Below are positions 52,558 through 64,000 of a DNA stretch of 64,000 nt, one piece after another (position 1 is the stretch's first letter; every line of letters begins with the position of its first letter). The DNA lies in the NCBI GenBank assembly GCA_963668695.2, contig CAXXLQ010000004.1, positions 1,088,001 to 1,152,000 of the forward strand, in the 5' to 3' direction. The DNA is from Vicinamibacteria bacterium. GTDB taxonomy: Bacteria > Acidobacteriota > Vicinamibacteria > Marinacidobacterales > Marinacidobacteraceae. Under the pieces are notes generated by a model. The model saw nothing but the letters and a program-made list of their open reading frames with translations. It did no database searches and was not told the DNA's origin. The position numbers were made by a program, and so were the translations under genes.

Positions 52558-54261
52558 TTAGTCGCCGGCGCCGATCTGGGCGGCGTGCTCGGTGGCAGCC
52601 TCCACGGCGCTGGCGGCATCGGGGAAGAAGTAGATGCCTTCCTCCGGTTTGAAGTTGGTGGCGTGCATGACCTCGGCGACCTCCGGCTGGACACCCCAGA
52701 AATAGCAAGTCGTCCCGCTCCGGCCGAGGCTGCGGGCCAGGTCATGAAGCAGCAGGCAGGCGGTCGGGTCGATGAAGTACACGTTCCGCATGCCGAAGAC
52801 GCAGGCCGGACGCTCGTCGTCGGCCCGGGCGAGCAGGTCCGAAAGGCTGCTCACCGTGCCGTAGAAGAGCGCGCCCCGGAAGGTGATCATCTCTACGCCC
52901 GCCGGCATCTCGAAGGGGAGCGGCCTCGGTATCACCAACTCCTCCGAGTCGAAGAGCGCCGCGTCGCCGCGCCGCACCTCGAAGATCCCCGAGACGCGCT
53001 GGATGAAGATGACGGCAGCGAGCGCGAGGCCGACGGGCAGCACGTAGCGGAGATCCCAGAAGAGCGTGGTGCCCAGCGTGCCGACCAGGATGATCCGGTC
53101 CCCGATCGGAGCGCGCCAGATGGCCCGCATCCGATCCAGCTCGACCATCCGTCCGGCGACCACCAGCAGCACCGCGGCGAGCGAGGTCAGCGGGATGAAC
53201 TCGAGGGCCCAGGAGAAGAAGAGGATGAAGACCGCCACGAAAATGGCGTGAAACAGACCGGCCAGCGGGGACCGCGCCCCGGCGGCCAGGCAGGTCGCGG
53301 TGCGGGCCACGCAGCCGCCCACCGGGAAGCCTCCCCAGATCGCCGTCGCGATGTTCCCAAGGCCGAGGGCGGTGAACTCCTGGTTGGGGCGGCTGGGCAC
53401 GCCGCGGGAACGGCTCGCCATCGAGGCGGCGAGCAGGGATTCGGCGCTCGACAGGAAGGCGATGGCGACCGCATAGGGCAGCAGCGTCACCCAGATGTCC
53501 AGCGAGGGGATGACCGGCAAGGGCAGCCGGTTCGGCAGATCGCCGAACGTACTCCCGATGGTGGCCACCGGAAGCTTCAGGAGAAAGGTGGCGAGCGCGC
53601 CCACCATCAGGCCCATCACGTACGAAGGCAGCCTGGGCAGATACCGCTTCGTCAGGACCACCCCGAGGAGCGAGAGGCCGCCGATCGCGAATGTCGTGAG
53701 GTCGAAGGCGTCGAGCCGGCTCACGACGCCCTCGATGATGAACAGGAAGGAGTGGGAGTGTTCCCCACCGCCGTGTTCGTGGGCGTGTACGGTGCCCGCG
53801 AGCCCCAGGAAGGGCACGATCTGTCCGGTGAAAATGATCAGACCCATACCGGTGACGAAACCGGTGATGACCGCCTGCGGCATCGCCTCGATCAGGATGC
53901 CGACCCGGGTAATCGCCATCGCGAGCAGGAAAATTCCCGACAGCAGGGTGGCGGCGAGCAGGCCCTCGTAGCCGAACAATTCGATGACCACGACCGCGAT
54001 CAGAATGCAGGCCTCGGTCGGGCCGCCGATCTGGAAGCGGCTCGCGGTGAAGAGCGCGATGACCGCTCCGCCGATGATGATGCCCACCAGGCCCTTGTCC
54101 GGGCTCGCGCCGGCGGCGATTGCGACCACGAGGCCGAGAGGCAGCGCGACCACGGAAACCGTGAGGCCTGCCGACAGGTCGATGTACAGATCGGACCGCG
54201 AATACCCCACCGGCACCACCCTCCGGACCTGCGAGTGCAGCAATGCCACCAAGCGCGTCAT
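52558..54261 (-). CDS. SulP family anion transporter with STAS domain
   Basis: DLSAGLTVSVVALP, IGGPT, AESLL, NQEFTALGLGN, C-terminal STAS GALFYG. Confidence 0.92.
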   Translation of the reverse strand: MTRLVALLHSQVRRVVPVGYSRSDLYIDLSAGLTVSVVALPLGLVVAIAAGASPDKGLVGIIIGGAVIALFTASRFQIGGPTEACILIAVVVIELFGYEGLLAATLLSGIFLLAMAITRVGILIEAMPQAVITGFVTGMGLIIFTGQIVPFLGLAGTVHAHEHGGGEHSHSFLFIIEGVVSRLDAFDLTTFAIGGLSLLGVVLTKRYLPRLPSYVMGLMVGALATFLLKLPVATIGSTFGDLPNRLPLPVIPSLDIWVTLLPYAVAIAFLSSAESLLAASMASRSRGVPSRPNQEFTALGLGNIATAIWGGFPVGGCVARTATCLAAGARSPLAGLFHAIFVAVFILFFSWALEFIPLTSLAAVLLVVAGRMVELDRMRAIWRAPIGDRIILVGTLGTTLFWDLRYVLPVGLALAAVIFIQRVSGIFEVRRGDAALFDSEELVIPRPLPFEMPAGVEMITFRGALFYGTVSSLSDLLARADDERPACVFGMRNVYFIDPTACLLLHDLARSLGRSGTTCYFWGVQPEVAEVMHATNFKPEEGIYFFPDAASAVEAATEHAAQIGAGD

Positions 54262-54473
54262 GGGCTACCTCCCCGAGGGCGGAGATTATGCCTGCCGCTC
54301 TGGGCGGCGAAGTACCTGATGGGTCCCGGAGACAATCTCCGGGTCCGTGGCGCGGCGGAACGATTCCGACTCCGGTCCGTTCCGCATTGCGGCACCGGTA
54401 CCGTGTTCCCGCTTCCCGGCCGGACCGCCAATTGCCGTCCCCCGACTCCATCCTGACCACGAGGAAAACCACC

Positions 54474-57778
<3,305 letters not shown>

Positions 57779-58066
57779 GGAGGGGCGACACCGCGTACCG
57801 CCGATAGCGAAGAAGCGCGGGGACGGCTAGGAGCGCCTGTCTTCAAACCGGCATCGCGGCCGCAGGCCGCGAAACTCCCATCACTAACCGTGAAGAACCG
57901 CGCGGACCGCTTGAACCGCCCGACCTCTGGCCAGTTCTCCCGGGGGGGACCGGCACCGCGGCCGGCCGGGCCGCGGCCCGCGCTCTGCCGACCCTCCAGC
58001 CGCGAGCGAAACTGTCGCCGGCGCTGAACGCGTACCAGCGCTTGCCCCGCAAACCGGGAGGGAACC

Positions 58067-58783
58067 ATGGCGCGAACGAATGAACACGGACAGCCCATCG
58101 GGGAGCCTCTCCCCGCGGGGTGGATGCCACCGCCCGCGCCGTCAACCGTCACGCTCGAGGGAGCGTTCGTACGCGTTGAGCCGCTCGATCCGCCCGCACA
58201 TGCGGCCGATCTGTTCGAGGCCGGCCGGGTCGACACCACCGGCGCGAGCTGGACCTACTTACCGGACGGTCCGTTCGATAGCCTCGATTCCTTTGCGGCG
58301 TGGCTCTCGAAGAGCGCGTGGGGGCGTGATCAACTCGCCTTCGCGTTCGTCGACAAAGCGTCGGGCAGGGCCCTCGGATTCGGGTCGTACCTGCGTATTT
58401 ACCCGGCAGCGGGAAGCATCGAAATCGGCTACATCTGGCTCTCACCCCTCCTGCAACGCACGCCGATGTCAACCGAAGCGATGCACCTGCTGATGGCCAA
58501 CGCCTTCGAGTTCGGATACCGCCGCTACGAGTGGAAGTGCGACGCGTTGAATGCGCCTTCGCGACGGGCGGCGGAACGATTGGGCTTCACGTTCGAGGGG
58601 ATCTTCCGCCAAGCGATCCACTACAAGGGCCGCAACCGCGACACCGCGTGGTACTCGATAACCGATGACGAATGGCCCGCCATCCGGGAGGCGCAGCGGG
58701 CCTGGCTCCAGCCGGAGAACTTCGATACCAATGGCCGGCAGCGGCGCTCGCTGCGTGAGTTCCATCGTGGCAGCGCCTCCTGA
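58067..58783 (+). CDS. GNAT acetyltransferase (RimJ/RimL family)
   Basis: NEHGQPIG, GSIEIG, GYRRYEWKCDALN, FEGIFRQ, RNRDTAW. Confidence 0.92.
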   Translation: MARTNEHGQPIGEPLPAGWMPPPAPSTVTLEGAFVRVEPLDPPAHAADLFEAGRVDTTGASWTYLPDGPFDSLDSFAAWLSKSAWGRDQLAFAFVDKASGRALGFGSYLRIYPAAGSIEIGYIWLSPLLQRTPMSTEAMHLLMANAFEFGYRRYEWKCDALNAPSRRAAERLGFTFEGIFRQAIHYKGRNRDTAWYSITDDEWPAIREAQRAWLQPENFDTNGRQRRSLREFHRGSAS

Positions 58784-58891
58784 TGATGCCTGCCTGCACC
58801 TGCTGCTGGAGGCAGGGCAGGCGCCGCTTCATATCGTCGCGGCAGACACTTCGATGACACGACAACCACGCATGAACAAGGACCCACATCA

Positions 58892-59248
58892 ATGACAGGT
58901 ATTGCACCTCCCAAGGAACAAATCACGTTCGAGGACCTGGTCAAGATCGATATTCGAGTGGGAACCATCCTGGAAGTGTCGGACATCGCGGAGTCGAAGA
59001 AGTTGGTCCGTCTGAAGGTCGATCTGGGTTTCGCGACCCGCACCGTTGTCGTCGGCATGAAACAGGAACGAGCAAACCCCAGGGAGGTCGAGGGCTCGCA
59101 GGCTCTCTTCGTCGTCAATCTGCCACCGCGGAAAATGGCCGGCGTTGTCTCGGAAGCGATGCTCTTCGACGTGGGTTATTCGGACAAGATCCTGCCGGCG
59201 CTGGCCATACCGGAACGCCGCGTCCCGAATGGGACGCGTGCCGGGTGA
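58892..59248 (+). CDS. tRNA-binding/CsaA-like OB-fold protein
   Basis: ITFEDLVKIDIRVGTI, VVNLPPRKMAGVVSEAM, VPNG. Confidence 0.88.
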   Translation: MTGIAPPKEQITFEDLVKIDIRVGTILEVSDIAESKKLVRLKVDLGFATRTVVVGMKQERANPREVEGSQALFVVNLPPRKMAGVVSEAMLFDVGYSDKILPALAIPERRVPNGTRAG

Positions 59249-59317
59249 GAGCAGGCCCGGTAGAAATGCACTGGCCGGGGCGGCGGTAGCCCCCCGTACA
59301 CTCGCCGCTCCGACCCC

Positions 59318-60115
59318 ATGCCCAACCCTCACCCTCTGACCGGCCAGGCCGCCCTCGTCACCGGCGGCACCCGCGGGATCGGCCGCGCGGTCGCCGCCTC
59401 CCTCCTGGAAGCGGGAGCCCAGGTGGTGCTCACCGGCACCAGGCGCGAGGCGGCGGAAGAGGTCGCGGCGGCACTCAACCGCGGATCCTCCACTGGCGCT
59501 CACGCCCACGGCGCGGCCTGCGATGTCACCGACGACGCGAGCGTTGCCGATCTTGTCCACCTCGTCCGGGAACGCTGCGGCCGGCTGGACATCCTGGTGA
59601 ACAACGCCGGGGTGGGGATTTACCGCCCCACTCCGGAGCTCTCGCTGGACGACTTCCGGCAGGTCGTCGACACGAACCTGACGGGTGTCTTCCGGGTGAC
59701 GAAGGCTTGTTTGCCGCTTCTTTTGCAGGCGGGAGAGGCACCTCACAACGACCAGCCGTCCGGCGCCACCATCGTGAACATTGGAAGCCTGGCCGGCCGC
59801 CACCCGTTCAAGGGCGGCGTCGCCTACAACGCCTCCAAGTTCGGACTCGTCGGCCTCAGCGAGGCGATGATGCTCGACCTGCGGGGCGAGGGCATCCGGG
59901 TGGCCACGGTCATGCCCGGCAGCGTGGCGACCGAATTTGCCGGTCGGTCCCCCGACGACGGCGAGGAGTGGAAGCTGTCCCCCGAGGACGTCGCCGAGGC
60001 GGTGCTGGCAGTGGTCCTCCAGCGGAGCCAAGCGCTCGCGAGCCGCATCGAGCTGCGTCCGAGCCGACCTCCGGCGAAGCGTCCGCCAGACTGGCGTCTC
60101 CGGGCAAAGAGCTGA
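59318..60115 (+). CDS. Short-chain dehydrogenase/reductase
   Basis: TGGTRGIG, NNAG, YNASK. Confidence 0.92.
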   Translation: MPNPHPLTGQAALVTGGTRGIGRAVAASLLEAGAQVVLTGTRREAAEEVAAALNRGSSTGAHAHGAACDVTDDASVADLVHLVRERCGRLDILVNNAGVGIYRPTPELSLDDFRQVVDTNLTGVFRVTKACLPLLLQAGEAPHNDQPSGATIVNIGSLAGRHPFKGGVAYNASKFGLVGLSEAMMLDLRGEGIRVATVMPGSVATEFAGRSPDDGEEWKLSPEDVAEAVLAVVLQRSQALASRIELRPSRPPAKRPPDWRLRAKS

Positions 60116-60172
60116 AGCCCGGGAATCGCGCCCGCAGCCGGCTACGAAGCACCGGAGGTCAAGTGCAGGAAG

Positions 60173-61186
60173 TCAGCCGTTGCGGAAGATCGTGCTGTAG
60201 CCGTTGATGGCGGGGACGCCGCCCAGATGGGCGTAGAGGATCCTGGAGCCCGTTGGGAAGTAGCCCTTGTTCACGAGATCGATGAGCCCCTGCATGGATT
60301 TCCCCTCGTAGACGGGGTCGGTCATCATCCCTTCCAGCCGGGCGGTGAGCCGGATGGCGTCGTTCGTTTCGTCCGACGGCACTCCGTAGGCGGGGTAGGC
60401 ATAGTCCGCCATCAAGACGAGGTCGTCGTCGGTGATATCTCGTCCCAGCTCGACGAGTTCCGCTGTATTCCGGGCGATGTCCATGACCTGGGCGCGCGTC
60501 TGCGCGAAGGTGGCCGAGGCGTCAATGCCGAGGACGCGATCGGCGCGGCCGTCTTTCGCAAAGCCCACGAGCATCCCGGCGTGGGTGGAACCAGTGACGG
60601 TGCACACGACGACGTAGTCGAAGCGGAAGCCGAGTTCTGCCTCCTGCGCCCGCACCTCCTCGGCGAAACCGACGAAGCCGAGGCCGCCGTACTTGTGCAC
60701 CGACGCGCCGGCCGGGATGGGGTAGGGCTTTCCTCCCTTGGCCTTCACGTCCTCGATCGCGCGTTCCCAGCTTTCCCGGATGCCGATGTCGAAGCCCTGC
60801 TCCACAATCTCGATCTCCGCGCCCATCACCCGGCTCAGCAGGATGTTTCCGACGCGGTCATAGAGGACGTCGTGGTACGGCGCCCAGTATTCCTGGACCA
60901 GGCGGCACTTCATTCCGAGTTTGGCCGCGACTGCCGCGACCTGCCGGGTGTGGTTCGACTGGATGCCGCCGATGGTGACCAGCGTGTCGGCCCCGGCAGC
61001 GATGGCGTCGGGAACGATGTATTCGAGCTTCCGCAGCTTGTTGCCGCCGAAGGCGAGACCCGAATTGCAGTCCTCCCGCTTGGCGTAGATCTGGACCGCG
61101 CCGCCGAGATGCCCGGACAGGCGTTCCAGTCTTTCGATCGGCGTCGGACCGAAGGTCAGTGGGTATCGCTCGAATCGGTCTAACAC
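60173..61186 (-). CDS. acdS: 1-aminocyclopropane-1-carboxylate deaminase
   Basis: [22 protein letters not shown], with DPVYEGKS and YAHLGG (the Glu/Leu residues that distinguish AcdS from D-cysteine desulfhydrase). Confidence 0.95.
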   Translation of the reverse strand: MLDRFERYPLTFGPTPIERLERLSGHLGGAVQIYAKREDCNSGLAFGGNKLRKLEYIVPDAIAAGADTLVTIGGIQSNHTRQVAAVAAKLGMKCRLVQEYWAPYHDVLYDRVGNILLSRVMGAEIEIVEQGFDIGIRESWERAIEDVKAKGGKPYPIPAGASVHKYGGLGFVGFAEEVRAQEAELGFRFDYVVVCTVTGSTHAGMLVGFAKDGRADRVLGIDASATFAQTRAQVMDIARNTAELVELGRDITDDDLVLMADYAYPAYGVPSDETNDAIRLTARLEGMMTDPVYEGKSMQGLIDLVNKGYFPTGSRILYAHLGGVPAINGYSTIFRNG

Positions 61187-61272
61187 AGCGCCCCTCCTTT
61201 TTCGGCGCCAGCGAAGTCCTTGGCGCCTGCCGCAGCGCTAGCCTAATAGGACCAAGGATGAAAGAAAGGCTA

Positions 61273-61752
61273 ATGAGAAGCGAGCCCAATCTGGAATACA
61301 TGCGGCGGGCCATCGCGTTGTCCCTGCGGGCGATTCGAACGAACCGTGGATTGCCGTTCGGCGCCGTGATCGTCCGAGACGGCGAAGTCATCGCCGAGGC
61401 GCACAACACGGTGACCTCGGACAACGATCCCACCGCGCACGCCGAGATGAACGCGATCCGGGCAGCGTGCGCCAAGCTTAGGACGTTCCGGCTGGAGGGC
61501 TGCGAGATCTACGCCTCGGGCGAGCCCTGCCCGATGTGCCTGTCCGCGATCTACTGGGCGCGTCTCGACCGGATCTACTACGCCAACCGGCAGGGAGACG
61601 CCCACCGCATCGGCTTCAGCGACGAATCCTTCTATCGCGAGATCTCGCTGCCCAAGGACCAGCGGCGCATCCCGATGAGCCGCTTGCTTGGTGACGAGGC
61701 GGTTGCGGTGTTCCGGGAATGGGATCAGCGGGCGGACAAAGTGACCTACTGA
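61273..61752 (+). CDS. guaD: Nucleoside/guanine deaminase (cytidine deaminase fold)
   Basis: PFGAVIV, DPTAHAE, EPCPMCLSAIYWA, C-terminal Y. Confidence 0.85.
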   Translation: MRSEPNLEYMRRAIALSLRAIRTNRGLPFGAVIVRDGEVIAEAHNTVTSDNDPTAHAEMNAIRAACAKLRTFRLEGCEIYASGEPCPMCLSAIYWARLDRIYYANRQGDAHRIGFSDESFYREISLPKDQRRIPMSRLLGDEAVAVFREWDQRADKVTY

Positions 61753-61786
61753 TCTTTCGCCGAAGCGCGTCCCAAGCGGAAGTTCG

Positions 61787-62776
61787 ATGAACGTTGTCAC
61801 GGGCGCGACGGGCTACATCGGGGGCGCATTGACGCGCGCGCTGGCCGATCGGGACGGCGAGGGCTCCGTCCGGGGGGTCTTCCACCAGAGGCGGGCTTTC
61901 TTCGAGAAACCCCGCATCGAATGGGTCGAGGGCGACGTCCTGGACCGGGATTCCCTGGTTGCCGCCTTCCGGGGCGCCGGCGTCGTGTTTCATCTGGCGT
62001 CGCTGGTTTCGATCGACCCCCGGATGGCGGATGCGGTCAGGGCCACGACCGTGGTCGGCACCCGAAATGTCGTCGAGGCCGCGCTCGAGTGCGGGGTACG
62101 GCGCCTGATCCACTTTTCTTCGATTCACGCCTACAACCAGTTGCCGCTCGATGAGGTTCTGGACGAGGCGCGTGATCGCGCCGGCGGCGCGCACCACACC
62201 GCCTACGACTGGGCGAAGACGTTCGCGGAGGAAGAAGTCCACGCCGGTATCAAACGGGGCCTGGACGCCGTGATCCTGAACCCGACGGGTGTCATCGGTC
62301 CATACGACGCCGAGCCCTCCTATCTGGGGCAGTTCTTCGTTGATATCTACCGGCGAAACCTCCCGATCCTGGTAACGGGCGGCTTCGACTGGGTGGACGT
62401 GCGGGATGTGGCCGAGGCCGCCCTGGTCGCGGAAACCCGGGGACGCCGCGGAGAGAACTACATCCTCTCGGGACGCTGGCATTCGACCGTGGAGCTGGCG
62501 CGGTTCGCCCAGGCAGTGACGGGTGTCCCCGCTCCCCGGTTCCTCTGCCCGATCGCTGTCGCGCGAATCTGGGCGCCGTTTCAGGTCGCCTGGGACCGCT
62601 TTCGGGGGCGCCGTCCGCAATACACGCGAGACGCGCTCACCATGCTGGACAGAAGTAACCGCCTGGTGTCGAGCGCCAAGGCTCGCGAAGAGCTCGGTTT
62701 TGACCCCAGACCGGTAGCGGATTCGGTGCGCGATGCGTATCGCTGGTTCGAGAAACACGGCAAGCTGGCCGGTTGA
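61787..62776 (+). CDS. Extended SDR, dihydroflavonol-reductase / 3-beta-HSD-like
   Basis: VTGATGYIG, FHLAS, SSIHA, YDWAK, VDVRDVA. Confidence 0.85.
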   Translation: MNVVTGATGYIGGALTRALADRDGEGSVRGVFHQRRAFFEKPRIEWVEGDVLDRDSLVAAFRGAGVVFHLASLVSIDPRMADAVRATTVVGTRNVVEAALECGVRRLIHFSSIHAYNQLPLDEVLDEARDRAGGAHHTAYDWAKTFAEEEVHAGIKRGLDAVILNPTGVIGPYDAEPSYLGQFFVDIYRRNLPILVTGGFDWVDVRDVAEAALVAETRGRRGENYILSGRWHSTVELARFAQAVTGVPAPRFLCPIAVARIWAPFQVAWDRFRGRRPQYTRDALTMLDRSNRLVSSAKAREELGFDPRPVADSVRDAYRWFEKHGKLAG

Positions 62777-62777
62777 G

Positions 62778-63536
62778 ATGACGGAGCCCGAGTTCTACCG
62801 CCTCCTGGTCTGGGTCATGTTCGGCTCCGCCGTCGCGTCTTTCCTGTATCTGCTACGGAGGCCCGCTCCCTACGGGCGCCACTACAAAGGATCCGGCTGG
62901 GGACCAACGGTCTCCAGCAGGGCGGGATGGATCGCCATGGAATTGCCGGCGGTCTTCTTCTTCCTGTTTGTCTATGTCCAGGGGGACGCCGCGTGGAACC
63001 TCGTCCCGCTGGTGTTCCTGGCCATGTGGCAGACCCACTACCTGAACCGTACGCTCATCTATCCGTTCCGAATCCGCACCGAGCGGCGCATGCCACTATA
63101 TGTTGCAGGTTCGGGATTCTTCTTCAACGTGCTGAACGCTTATGTCAATGCCCGGTTCGTTTCGCACATCGGTCACTACGAGATTTCGGGGCTGACCGAT
63201 TTTCGTTTTCTAATTGGCATGGCGGTTTTTGTCGGTGGGATGTCTCTGAACATGCATGCCGACAATGTTCTGCTGGGCTTGAGGAAACGGGGCAGGACAG
63301 GGTATGTCGTTCCACAGGGCGGCGCCTACCGATACATCTCCTGCCCGAACTACCTCGGCGAGATCCTGGAATGGACCGGGTGGGCGGTGGCGACCTGGTC
63401 GCTCGGCGGGCTTGCCTTCTGCGTGTTCACGGCTGCGAACCTGATTCCCAGGGCACGCAGCAACCACCGCTGGTACCGGGAGCACTTCCCCGACTATCCG
63501 CCCACGCGCCGCGGCCTCATCCCCGGGGTGTTCTGA
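62778..63536 (+). CDS. 3-oxo-5-alpha-steroid 4-dehydrogenase (steroid 5-alpha-reductase family)
   Basis: APYGRH, GWIAMELP, HYLNRT, NMHAD, CPNYLGEILEW, ANLIPRA..NHRWY. Confidence 0.9.
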   Translation: MTEPEFYRLLVWVMFGSAVASFLYLLRRPAPYGRHYKGSGWGPTVSSRAGWIAMELPAVFFFLFVYVQGDAAWNLVPLVFLAMWQTHYLNRTLIYPFRIRTERRMPLYVAGSGFFFNVLNAYVNARFVSHIGHYEISGLTDFRFLIGMAVFVGGMSLNMHADNVLLGLRKRGRTGYVVPQGGAYRYISCPNYLGEILEWTGWAVATWSLGGLAFCVFTAANLIPRARSNHRWYREHFPDYPPTRRGLIPGVF

Positions 63537-63544
63537 GCGGGGGA

Positions 63545-63610
63545 GGACCGCCGGTCTTCAGACCGGCATCACGGCGCGCAGGCCAGGGACCGCCGACCTC
63601 CGGTCGGTAC
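63545..63610 (+). repeat. REP-like hairpin cluster (family B)
   Basis: GCCGGTCTTCAGACCGGC and CCGACCTCCGGTCGG hairpins downstream of the reductase. Confidence 0.65.
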
Positions 63611-64000
63611 CGCCCACCGCAGGCGGGCGGCAGGGAAGGAGCCCCGGTAGCCGACGTTGGCGATTGCGCAAGAAGACGATTGCTTCGCATGAATACAATC
63701 ACCCGATGGATAGAATCGTGGCATTCCTCGTGTTGCGAGACAGAAAACGTGGAGCGACGATTGACACGGACCCGATTCCGGGCTGGGGATTGAATCGTGC
63801 AGGTGGAGAGCGTGTGGGACGACAATGTGTAATGCGAAGGACCAAAGAATTGCGGACAATCCGAGCGTTCAAAGAGTCGCGCAGCTAGTCCCTTTGGCAA
63901 GGCTCGCGCGGACACTGTCGGGCGTGGCGATTCGTTTGGGTCTTGGAGGAGACAGCGTGAAACGGATTCTTGAGAGTTCGACTTCGGCGCTAGAGCAGGT

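Overview
GC-rich bacterial chromosomal window spanning the replication origin. Gene content suggests an Acidobacteriota-like, possibly host-associated organism, but that is inference only. The leftward arm carries rpmH-rnpA-yidD-yidC-rsmG-parS-parA-parB-bactofilin. The rightward arm carries dnaA-oriC-dnaN-gyrB-gyrA-lipoprotein-pyrE. These are followed by pcrA/uvrD, an atypical glmU/SIS pair, rsmI, sugar-modification genes, two tRNAs and many secreted hydrolases (MltF, CocE, tandem amidohydrolases, a B3 metallo-beta-lactamase, M1 peptidase, tricorn). The window ends with ACC deaminase and a putative steroid-reducing gene pair. The most unusual feature is non-coding. About ten MITE-like elements (IS5-like ends, YTAR-type flanks) fill almost every intergenic gap of the origin region. 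A non-palindromic 18-bp unit (GCCAGTTCTCCCGGTGGG) is inserted in variable copy number and in both orientations into these elements, and also into an unrelated REP-like family. By hand count there are about 29 copies in the first 11.4 kb versus about 4 in the other 52 kb. Four genes (yidC, TonB receptor, mmuM, tricorn) have single-base frameshifts at short homopolymers, most likely sequencing errors. No transposase, integrase, prophage or CRISPR array was seen.
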